Below the pieces are notes generated by a model. The model saw nothing but the letters and a program-made list of their open reading frames with translations, did not search any database and was not told the origin of the DNA. A stretch of DNA of 64,000 bases from Proteromonas lacertae (lineage: Eukaryota): contig NGBS01000583.1 of the NCBI GenBank assembly GCA_002245135.1, positions 434,001 through 498,000 of the forward strand, given 5' to 3'. Both the position numbers and the translations under genes were made by a program. How positions within the stretch are numbered: position 1 is the first letter of the stretch; the number at the start of each line of letters is the position of its first letter. Of the stretch, positions 1 to 12,076 are shown one piece after another.

Positions 1-590
1 ATTCAAACTACGTAATGGACGAAGTACTCTTAATGCTCTTAGAAATGACACTTTTGGTACACCTGGTACACTTGTCAATATGCCTGATATAACAACTACA
101 AAATCTATCCAATTCCAACCATCACGAAGATAGGATCCCTTACCAAATATAAATCCCATTGCGATTATTTTCAAAACTGCTTCGCATATGAAGATTATAG
201 TAAACGGAAGTTCTACATAATCCATAAGTGCATTTGCTAGAGATGTACAAGGCTCTAGTGTCTCTGGATTAATTCCATGGTATATAGGCTCCTATTGAAA
301 ATATATTTACAAATAACAATACATTTTGATCTATAATAACACATTTATAATCTGATAAAGCCAAAAATATCGAATTTACTAAAATAAGGAACAATATGAA
401 TGCATCAAAATATGGATGAGTTATAATATAGACCATAAATTTTCTAAACCTACTATCTTCATCAAACAGGAATAATGAATTATCTGCATATCGATACGAC
501 TTCCCATGCATAAAAAAATTGTATGCACAGCTTTCTTCATATATTCTGCCCTTTCTATTGATATAAATACATTGCTATATACTTCTCCAT
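1..590 (-). CDS. Voltage-gated Ca2+/Na+ channel alpha subunit, 5' part (domain I S1-S4); runs off the window start
   Basis: Spliced translation (introns 555-582 and ~292-322): MEKKGRIYEE...[20 protein letters not shown]...[31 protein letters not shown]...[15 protein letters not shown], with the S4 voltage-sensor Arg repeat. Confidence 0.9.
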
Positions 591-923
591 TAAACTAATT
601 TTTATATTTTCGTTATTTTGATTAACATGAGAAAAACTCGATCACTGTACTTTTTGATAACTATACATATACAACATCTTTTTCAAATCTATATTAGGAA
701 TAGATTTAGAAAAAGAATAGTATATGAATTTAGACAATGCTATGTATTTCTGAAACAAATAAAATGAAAGAAGAATAAGTGTTCTATAGTTAAATCTAGG
801 TTGTTTTGTTGTTTAAGTTGGTAGTTATTATGTCTTTATCGATATTTGAAACAAAATAATATAAACATCTATAATAAAATTTCTATAATTCAAAAAGAAA
901 AACCCAATTACACACAACTACAA

Positions 924-3900
924 TCACATACTCTTCTGACTATTTCCAGCAGCTAATCCAGTTGCACTAGTACTTTGCATACCTGACATGGCAATAGCTA
1001 TACCAGATTTCATTCCACTATTACTACTATTATTACTTCTTACAGACACTACTTTAGATCTAAATACACCACCAAAACCAGCATTCTCCCATTGTGGAGG
1101 TTTGTCAAAACCATTGACGAGTAAAGCATTAAATTAAGAAATACAATTCAATTGATAAATATATAATAAATAAAAAAGATATAATATTCTCTACCACTTA
1201 TATAAATACCATCTTGCATCACTTTCATAAACACTGCACTTTGAGCTTGAGGTTCCATCTTTGCATAGTTATTATACCAATTCATTAATGTTTTAGCACC
1301 TTCAAAATGAGCTGATGATTGGAATGTATAAAATGCATTTACATTAATCAAATCTTCTATTTCAGTCATTGCTTTATCAAATATATCTAATGTTAAAACA
1401 CTTGATTCCATTTCTTTAGTTATTTGTTTTTTCATAGAATCATTAATATTGATTTCTAAATCACCTTTTTCAGATATAAATCTATTGTAAATATGAACAA
1501 TACATTCATGCATCAAATCTTCACCAATCTGATCTACTGAATTTCTTAATTCATTCACAGCTTCCCAAAATATGATATTTTCTTCTTGTAATAAATCTTT
1601 CATATGTTTTTGCAAATACATTCTAGTTATTGGATTTTTCAGTACTTGAGAAAACATGGATTTATTATCTGGTGAAATATCTGGATTTCTAAATAAAAAC
1701 CATTGTTTATATGGTGTTAAACCAATCATCACAAATATCAATAGGAATATAACAGCTACATAAATATAACCAATGACAACTTGATTTGGAAAACCATTTT
1801 CTCTAATAAATGAAGTTAATGGATTTATAAACAATATCAAACTACCAATACCACAAACTCTTGTTACTTGAAGAGTTGCTTTACCTAATTCAGCTTTGGA
1901 AGTCATAATCTTTACTGCATAACCTATATTGATAAGCGCAATTAACATCTAAATATATTATTATATATATTTATATACGATAAGAATATCTACAAAACCA
2001 TTCTTAAGACTATCTGCACTCATGCAAGATGTAACGATAACTAACTGTCCATTTAACACATCTTCCCAATCATCATAAAATGGAGAAGTTAAATAAAGGA
2101 TAATTGCTTCTAAAACTAATACTGGAAGGAAAAATTCTAAAAGATAAAATATATCTTTTATGAAGATAATATCATTATTAACATATTTCTATATTATTAA
2201 TATTATGTTTATATATACAGTATTTATTTGCATTAAAGTAACCCACATCGCTGTTGCGATAAACGAATAACCAAGACCTCTAAAAACGTGATAAACTGTA
2301 CAAGTTGATTCTTTCAAATCTCCAATAGCTAATGTCATAGCAGAAATAACTAACAGCATCATTCCAACTGAATATGTATAAAAGAACAATGGAGCTAATA
2401 AAGCTCTTAATTCAGAAAACTTTTTAATCTGTTTCACAGCAGTATAAATCATTGTAAATAAAACAAAAGCACAAACAATAACAGTAAAACTAATAAAAGC
2501 ACCTCCATCAATCCATTCACAGGGAATTGTTTCAGGATCTGGAAGTGTCATTCCATCTCTACAGTAACTTGTATTTCTCCTTGAATAAACTACATCTCTG
2601 TAGTAATTACTACATTCTCCTAATGTAAATGTATAGTCCTTAGCATTGCAATCAATATTCTCTATTTTCACTGGTGTTAGAATAGCAGTATAACATTCAA
2701 TATTATCACCAGCTGGTGAGAATGTAATTACTAGATTATCATCATATTCTTTAGTTAAATCATATTCAAAAGTATATTTTACAGATTTCTTTACAAGAAG
2801 TTGGATTTGTTTGCCTTGATCATAATTTAATATCTTTACAGCATTACTTCCAGTCGATATAGTAAACAAACCATCATACAAACCTGTATTTTTTATTGTT
2901 AATGTTGCATTTGCTTTAGTTTCTCCGGTTGTATATTTAAATGTAATAACAGATGGTTCTACAACCCAAGATGCACCATATAACTCATTTTCTGGAATAG
3001 CAGCAACTAACGCATACTGATATTTCTGAGCAACATTCCATGTAACATAATACTTATAACCATTTTTCCAACTATCTACTAACAAATGGTCTTCAATTCC
3101 ACTATTTATTATACCCCACAATTTACTCCATTCAGAATCAGATGTAGTTAAATATATATCTTTATTGTAAAAATAAGACATATTAGCAGTTTCATTATGA
3201 AATAATTCAACCATTGCTGGATCAGTTGCACTTACTATTGCACCATTTAATGTTGACATTAAGAAGTAGAATCCGTTTGTAGTTGGCTTTGCATCATTTG
3301 TAATATCTCCAAACACATCATCTATGGCAATATCAGCAATTAATTGACCATAATATCTGCTTTCGTTATGAGCAGTGCTAAATTCATAAAGTGGTCTTAC
3401 ATATTCAGTCATTAATACATGAGCATTTTGATCTGCTGTTGGTCTAGTCCATGAAGCAGGAGGTTTATATCCTCCTGCCATTGGTAAAAATGGAAGGGCA
3501 GGAACAAGCATAGGATACCACATATATTGTTGTTGAAATAAACATCCTGCGAAAAATGGAAATTGAAATTTTGGATAATATATTTTCATTGCTATTAGCT
3601 GGTTTATTCCAATCAAAAGCCATACAGACAATCCACCTCCCATTGAATTTAACACTTGCGGTAATCTATATTAAATAATTAGAATATAATATACATTTCT
3701 ATAGCATTAAGAACAGTCTTTTTTAATGCTTTATCTAAAAAATCATCATCAAATGGTTCATCAAAATATGATGTATCAAAAGGAATTTTAAGCATTTCAC
3801 TAAGCATTGTCAAATTTTCTCTTGCAAAAGAATTATTCAAAAAACCAATTGGATATTGCAAAGCCTGATCGAATGCGATTTGAACTTCAGGATCATGGGC

Positions 3901-4188
3901 ATGTGGGAAATTAACACCAGGAGCAATAGGGACTTCAACTTTATCACATGATCTAAATAATAGTCTATCACTCCTAGATTTCATTTTCATCAAACTTTCT
4001 GCAGTTTGTTCAACTAATCTTTCAGTTGCATCATAATCACTAGTCTTTGAAAACATCTCGTTTGACAATTTTCTTTTGATCTTTGAAACAGAACAGAAAT
4101 CCTCACTATTACATGATAAAGCGATGTAAATATACCATAACACAAGTGAAACTGTGTACACAAAGATTAATAGAGAGATTTTAATCAT
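924..4188 (-). CDS. 7TM receptor-like protein with a large extracellular region (Cache-like, Ig-like, Cys-rich) and a C-terminal RGS domain
   Basis: ORFs 3679-4188, 2189-3655 and 1148-1948 join through short GT-AG introns plus one AT-AC intron. N-terminal hydrophobic segment, about 7 hydrophobic helices, RGS motifs EENIIFWEAV / IYNRFISEKGDLEININD / IFDKAMTEI; TGA at 924-926. Confidence 0.75.
1121..1182 (-). other. AT-AC (U12-type-like) intron, 62 nt, in the 7TM-RGS gene
   Basis: Minus strand ATATCTTTTTT...TTTCTTAAT-TTAATGCTTTAC. Removal gives in-frame GAA TAT T|TC GTC AAT GGT (REYFVNGFDKP). No AG acceptor lies near the last exon. Confidence 0.8.
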
Positions 4189-4649
4189 TCAAAAGAAATA
4201 AAACGAAAAAATAGAAATACAGTATTAAATGTATTTCTTATTACATACAATACCACCATAGTATAAAAAATATAGATGATAATATTGAAATAGACATATG
4301 TATATAATGCATGCGCCGATGTTAGAACAATTCTCTTGTGCTGTTATTAAATCATTCATCTGTTAAATCAAATTATTCTAACAATCTATGATAGCATTAG
4401 CATTTATATTAATATTTTTTCTATGACTACCATTGTACACACTTAATTAAAAAAATCACAATGAAAAAACTCTTTGAATAATCTATTAATTTTCACATAA
4501 AACAATAAAAAAAACATATCTTTAAAAAAACTAATTACATTAATCAGTAACATATTCATATAAATAACACAAATATTCACAGACTTGGATAGAGGATGAG
4601 AAAATTTATAAAGAATAATGAAAACATATGCACATATACATACAATATA

Positions 4650-5960
4650 TCACAAACAAGGTTGTTTTCTCACTGATCCTTTCAAATTCTCAGATCCACC
4701 CGGATGTAAGGATATCCTATTACCTCCACTCACATCATGTTTCGTAATAGTAGATTCGCCACTGCCATGACCATTACTACCATGACCATTCTTACTAGAA
4801 TCTCTATTAATATCCTTCGTTGCTGTTGTTGTAATTGGAGCAACTTTTGTAGTAGTATACATTTGTGATCTAGCTGTTGACATTCTTGCACTAATTGGTA
4901 TATTCACATCCGATTCTTTCCTAGAACCATTACCACTTGGACAACCCATCACTCCTGTACCACTGAAATCAACTGCACTACTGGATGATGTCTTTGATAT
5001 TTTTGAATCTTTGATTGATTCTCGATATGGTCTGTAACTATAACCATATATCATTCTTATATCTAATATTAAATCACCTAATATTCGAGCAGGATCTGAT
5101 TCTAGACTACGATATTCATTTAGAAAAGGAGGAGGCACTTTCTTTATTACTCTAATGAAATGATTTAAACATGATTCTTTGGGGATTGGAATAGAAGTAT
5201 CTGAATATTTATCATAAAAATCTTTCCTTGCTTTTATTATAACATATTCATCTATAGTGATTATATGTTCAATTATTGTATTATGCAGTTTCTGAAGTGT
5301 ATTTCGTAGTGTGATACTATTGGCTATTATCTTTGTGATTTGAATCATTGAAATATTATTTTCATCATTGATACTTCTCATTGCATTTAACCAATCCATT
5401 ATTTTATTATCTGATAGATATGATTTGTTTATATTGTTAAATAATGAAACTGATTGTATATAAGATATTGTCCTATTTGTATTTATACCTGATACTGAAA
5501 GTAGAACTATTAATATAAAAATAATATGAACAAAGTTATACTTGGCACTTGATTTTCTAACGACAATAGTCCAAATGTGAATATAAAAATAATATAATTG
5601 TCTAATGTAACATGATCACAGTATTGTTGAAAGAATGATCTTATTAACTCTGGACACTCAATGTGAAGATACCGAATAAATGAATCCACTTTAATATATG
5701 GAGCTCGAGTGTCGTATGACCATAAACACAAGTATTTGTACTGCCACATTGCAATTTCGAAGTTGTTCACTAGTCTATAATACTAAAAATTATACAGCAA
5801 TATAATTGAGCTATTCGTGAGGCAATGGAATTTAGAGGGAAGATAGGGGTTGTTCTATAGCTACATCGGGAATAAGAGGTAAAATTCTTGTATGAATGGA
5901 ACTAAAAATATCTATATTCACTAAACATACCATCTGCTTCACCGTTATTAGTTCCGTCAT
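4650..5960 (-). CDS. Hypothetical protein; 5' end uncertain
   Basis: ORFs 4650-5399 and 5510-5770 join through short GT-AG introns; no motif recognised. Confidence 0.55.
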
Positions 5961-6359
5961 TTATATAATTGTGAAACGACTAAATAATTGTTTCTTCAAA
6001 AAGATGTAAAATATCAATGATTGGTGATTAAAAATGTAGTACAATATTTATTTCACATGTATGCGCATGAAGGAACATAGGATAGTATGTTGAATTTATA
6101 ATGGAACAGATAGTAATGTTTAACCAATCAAATAGAATATTATGTTCATATATATCCAGAATAGCCATTAAAGAATAATGGTATTAATAATTATTTGGCT
6201 GTTTGAAGAATAGATATTTCTATACCAAAAGTAGTTGTCAATTGATACATACTTAATGAAGTAAATCTACTCACTATTTAATGTTTTCAAATCATATGAT
6301 GATCTATTCACTTCAAAAAAAGAGAATGTAAACTTGACAGTCATTTTTACTCAGATACG

Positions 6360-8014
6360 ATGAAGTTTATTTCTTTTGTCCTAGTGGCGTTATTAGCAAT
6401 TTGTTTTGCTGAAAATGCAGAGGAACCTGATAAGAGAAAAATGGAACATGGAATGTACACAGTAAGCATACAATCAGCCGATCGTTTAGGAATGAATTTA
6501 GACGAAAGTTTAGTAGTTATTGGTGTTGGTATAACACAAAATATTGTTTATAAAACATAGAAAAAGGCAGTATTGCTTATAAAGCAGGAATTAGACAAGG
6601 TGACAAGCTTCTAAAAGTAAATGGTCATTTTATTGCAAGTTTACCATTAGAAAAAGTAGCTTATATCATAAATGAAGCGGAATTGCCAAGAAGACTCACC
6701 TTTCAAGGAGCTATATCAATGGTAGTAGATGAAAGTCAAGTAGCTCGTGAAGGACATCCAGGAGGTTAGTATAAAATATTTAATTAATAATAATATCTGT
6801 ATAGCAGTAGATTATTTTGGCGAACTGATAATAGTGATGGAATAATGGAAATAGAGTCAATGAGAGCTGAATTTGGAGGAAACTTATCCTGTACGCCAGC
6901 CAGAATCGTAGTTGCAGATCCAGAAATGGGATGTGCTCAATTAAAAAACAAAGCTGAAATAGAAGGTAATTATGTAGTTGTAAGAAGAGGTCAATGTACT
7001 TTAGTCGAGAAAATAGCTGATTTACAATGGGCACATGCGAATGGTGTAATAATAGTAAATGGAGAAACCATGGAAATGCAACAAATCACATCTCAAGGGT
7101 TAGAAATTGCTGATGTTATTGCTATTCCAATTATAATGGTTGATTATGAAGAAGGTAGTTTACTGATAGAAGCTGCAAAACAGAATTATACAGTTGGTGT
7201 TATGATGATGATTGAAGATAACTGTAAATTGGAGAAAATGATGGAAATGTTAAGTGTATTTTTATTAATAATTAATAATTATATATATATATATATATAT
7301 ATATAGGATCATTCAACCGCTTTATTAAAAGCAGCCAGAGAAGAAGAATTAAAACCTTACATGAGAGGTCCAGCTGGTACTTATATAATGAAAGAAAATA
7401 AAAAATTACAATTCGATTATTTAAAGGCTGAATATGGTGGTGAGATTGATTTTAATAAAGAATATGAAAGTGTATTAGTGAATGAAAGATATGGCTGTAA
7501 AGTAACTAATAATCACGAACTACATGAGAAACTAGTAGTTGCATATAGAGGAGAATGTACTTTGTTAGAAAAAGTATTAGCATTACAAAATGCTGGTGCA
7601 GTAATGGTATTATTGATAAATGACCAATGGGGTGTGATTCATTTGAAAAAAGCAGGTGAATTGCCTTGGGAACAAATTCATATACCTGTGATATTGGTAT
7701 CTGAGTATGCTGGTAAGGAATTAAGAAAACAGTTAGATCATAATAAGAATATGGTTCATATTAGATTTAAAGATAATCCTGAAGTTAGTGCTTTTTGGAC
7801 AAAATTGAATGAATTATCAGATCCTAAAGCTTGGAAAAAAGAGGAAGGATTGAGAAAGAAACAGTATAAGAAATTGTCTTTGATGTATCATCCTGATAAA
7901 CCAGATGGAAATGTTGATAGATTTGAAATGCTGTTGTATTGTTATGGAAATGCGAATTGGTTTTATTTAGAAGATAAGTCTGGAAGAATGATGGATGAAT
8001 TTTTACCTGGATAA
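6360..8014 (+). CDS. Signal peptide + PDZ + two protease-associated (PA) domains + truncated J-domain (HPD)
   Basis: PDZ: LGMNLDESLVVIGVEKGSIAYKAGIRQGDKLLKVNG after intron 6529-6560. PA: VVVRRGQCTLVEKI and VVAYRGECTLLEKV. C-terminus KKQYKKLSLMYHPDKPDGNVDRF. Confidence 0.75.
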
Positions 8015-8119
8015 TTAATTAAGATATAAATAAATATTTTTTTTTGTGTTTTTTAAATTCTCTTTTGAACAAGCTATGAGTTTGAAAAGAATTGTTACAT
8101 CTTTTCTTTTTTATTGATT

Positions 8120-9548
8120 ATGTCAAGTACGCTTCCGTCCATCGCTTCAAAATCGTTGTCTCCTAGATCAACTGTGAAGCCTGCTTTAGGTGTAAGAGCA
8201 AAAACACCAGAGAAAGTATACATAATCATTTTCAATGTATAGTATCATTCAAAGGATGATCCACCACCACCAATGATAACTAAATCAGCAATTAAAGAAC
8301 TGTTTAACTTAATTGACTTAAATAGAGATGATTTCTTTAATCTCAAAGATCTTCAAGATTTTGTTGAGAAAAAGAAAATCCAACTAAAATTTACTGAAGA
8401 AAAATTAAAAGCCATGTATGCTGATGCTAATAGAGCAAACAAAAGAGCAATTAACTTGGAAGATCTTGTTTTCGCAATTGAACTGCGAAAATCAAGAGTT
8501 AAAGATGATCTTAAAACAAAAGAAGCAAGGTATACATATGTAGCAAGACCGCAACGTGATAATTGGATAGAATTGATCGAATTATCAGTATCTAAGCCAA
8601 AAGAGATATGGGATAAACCATTAATCGTAAAACAGGGTGAAACGGTATTAGCTGCATTTGAAAGAGATGTACCAGATGAACCAGTGATATATACTGCAGA
8701 TCATAACAAAATTGAACAATCTGTTGAAACAGTGGATGATAAAGAGTTAGAGCAATATACTAAATTAGATAATCCGTTACAAGCAGAGAGAGGATCATTA
8801 GATACTCCTTGGATTGATGACAAGAAAATTAAATTAGATCAATCAACAAATGGCTGTATGAAGATGGGATTTAATACAAAAGTATGTATTTGTTATTTAT
8901 ATATTAATAATATATTAGAAACAATATGAATACATGAGTATTCAAACAAATGCTCCAGTGTATCAACCAACTGAATCATCTTTTCAAAAAACTGCAAATA
9001 CTAAAGTTTCACCACCCAAAGTAACTACTAAACTTCCTCAATTAAGTCCACCTAAGCCTCCTCCACCGAAATCGAAAGATTTCGAAGTATATCATACACC
9101 AAGTGCTCCTGTTGATGCAAAAAAAGAAACAGCTGCATTTAGGTTGAAAGAGAAAGGTGCTTACCAAAATCCAAGAGATTATAAATATCGACCTGATTAT
9201 GATCCTTCTAAGGAGAATAAGCCTGATTTTACTCATAATATGCCACATGATTCATTATTACCTAGTAAAAACACCCCCAGTCGTGTGATTGAAAGAGGTG
9301 CTCCAGATCCAGAACCACCAGTATCAAAGGAGATAATGCCTCCTAGTAAAGACTTTAAAAAAGAGTTTCATCATGCTATTCCTAATCATCTACAAATAGG
9401 ATCCAAAGAAATACATCAAAGATTGCCTATAAATGATGGTGAAAAGAATGTAGCGATTAGAGATTTTGATGCAAAGAAGAATGTGTCTAAAAAGGATTTT
9501 GAAACTATGGTGAAGACTAATAAAAGTCCAATATCTAAACCAATATAA
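8120..9548 (+). CDS. EF-hand-containing hypothetical protein with a Pro/Lys-rich C-terminus
   Basis: ATG 8120, two GT-AG introns, EF-hand-like LFNLIDLNRDDFFNLKDL. Confidence 0.65.
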
Positions 9549-9747
9549 AACATATATCAGTAGAAATTGTGTAAATTTCCAATATTTGTTGTATATATTA
9601 ATTTATACTCTATTATAATCAAATTATTTGTGTCTTTGCTTATCTAATCAAATAGAAAAGGAAATGTAAATAATTTAATAAGTTTGATTCTTATTTGAGT
9701 TCAAACCGTTATTCAAGCATCTTCTGTTTTATTCTTTATTTTTAATA

Positions 9748-11177
9748 ATGTCTACAGAAACTAATGAGTATATTATTACTTTTTTTACCCCTTTTAGAGA
9801 ACGAGCCATCATTATAACACCTTCAGATACAGATAGAATTGTTCAAAGCATTAGAAGATTCTCAATTGAAGAGGTTGGAACTAAAGAATGGTTAGTTCAA
9901 CATGAAAATATCCAAAAATTGAATTTACAAGAGCATCAAAATGCTATAAGCAATTCTGACCCATATGTAATGGAGAGTTGTTTGACTTATGAAAAAATGG
10001 AAGATTTATTACATGAAATGATTTTATGTGAAGCTTGGAGAGAAAAGGTATTTCCACAAGTTAGAAATCAAGTAATTGAGAAAAGTCCATTAGTTGGATA
10101 TTTTATTGTATAAATAATTAAGATATATATATGTAATAGTTATTTCAAGAAGCAACATTGATTAATTTCTTTGAAGTGTGTTTATTCTATGAAAGTAGTT
10201 GTGTAAGTTTAGGAGATAGTATAATTGATTTAATTGATTATTGTGTAAGAAAAATACGATATTTAAACTCCTCAGATTTACGAGACTATTTAGACAAAGA
10301 AGAAGAAGAAGAAGAAGACGAAGAAGAAGAAAAACAAAAGAATGACACAATCGACCAACAAAAGAGAGAAATTGAATATCAAAGTGCAGTAGCAGTATAA
10401 ATATATTAATATATTTATTAATTATAGAGTATTACTGTATTAAGATATATTTGTGAACATATCTCAGCTTTACCATCGTTTGTAATTCCACGAATGTTAA
10501 ATACTTATGATATTTTATTATCAATAATGCCATTATTAGATTTCCCACCTTGGACTAAAAGAACTAATGGAAAATGGTATAAATATATTGACAATAAATG
10601 GACTTTAGTTGAGCCAGCTCATTTAATGGATTTAACAAAAACAGAAGCACAAATTTGGCTGATTATATTTGATTTGTTATGTAATAATGACTGTAGAAGT
10701 TGTTATGAATGGAATGATTATAGAAGAGAAACTATATTGAAATGTAGAAAGTATTTAAATGCTGTATTAGTTGATCAATTACCAGTATTAAGCGATGTTC
10801 AAAGATATTTGGATGAATTAACAATTATGAAAACTGGTAGTGTTGATTCAAAGAAGAGTTTGATATTAGAAATAATTCCTGTTATTACTGAAGAAATATA
10901 TAAAAGTATAACTACTGAAAAGATAGAATATATTAAAGAGAATGTATTGGTAAGTGGAGATAAAGAAATTACTGAAGAATTAAAGAATCTTAGTGATTTA
11001 TATACTAATGATAATTTGGATGGTTTATTAGAGAAAGCTTATTGTAATAAATGTGGTAAAGAAGCTATTAAGAAGTGTGGTAGATGTAAAAATGTTAATT
11101 ATTGTAGTAGAGATTGTCAAGTGAGTGATTGGAAATCTCATAAACCAATATGTGACTTGTTTGTTAATAAAGTTTAA
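9748..11177 (+). CDS. ZMYND10: Zinc finger MYND domain protein 10 (BLU), dynein-arm assembly factor
   Basis: EVGTKEWLVQHENIQKLNLQ, PPWTKR, LTKTEAQIWL, LVDQLPVL and a C-terminal MYND finger CNKCG...CGRC...YCSRDCQVSDWKSHKPIC. Confidence 0.92.
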
Positions 11178-11365
11178 TATTTGATTTGTGTTTTTGTTTT
11201 AATTTTTATGTAATACAACAATCATACAATTTGTAATTTTTTGTTAAGAAAGAAAGTATTGTTAACTTTCAAATGATTCACACAACAATTTATGAAAAAT
11301 TCAATTTTATTGAAAAAATATCCGTTTATAAATCAACCAAACTAGGCTTGTTCGTTTCACTTTTT

Positions 11366-12045
11366 ATGGCGTTGTTTTTAGAGGAGAGGAACAAATACCT
11401 GCCTTATATGTTGAAGGCTTCAGATGTCTTCAAAAAGACGAAGCCTAAACCCAAAAAGAAAAGCCCAACAAAGAAAATGTTGTTAGAAGTATGAAATATA
11501 CTTTATACACTTTCTAGACTGGTTGGACTCCTACTTTATATCAGAGTGCAGAACAAAGAAAACATGCATTGAATATGTTGGAACTTAATCCAGTATTTTA
11601 CTAATTATATTGCATTTAGAGAAGACCAGAAGAGACTCCTGTGATAATACCAAATCCAAGACCAAGTTCACCGTATTATTACTTATATGATTATGTTATT
11701 TAGAGTTTATGAACATTTACCAGCAGAAGAGCCAGATGATGATAAGAAAAAAGTATTTTCTATATGTTATATATAATGTAATAGAATTTGTACATAAAAT
11801 TAGCAAAGAACATAATTGTTAGAAATGATTTAATTAAAGGATTACTTAAAGAAACATACTCAGATTGTATAATAAAAAATTAATATTCATATTATTTTAA
11901 ATAGTGGCAAAAGATTCAATAGCATCTGTAAGAGAAATAACTTACGAAATAGTAAAAGAAATTTTAAAATATGAAGAATTAGATAATAATGAAACATTTA
12001 TGTGGGATGATGAAGTTTATATATGTAAAATATACACAGATACAG

Positions 12046-12076
<31 letters not shown>

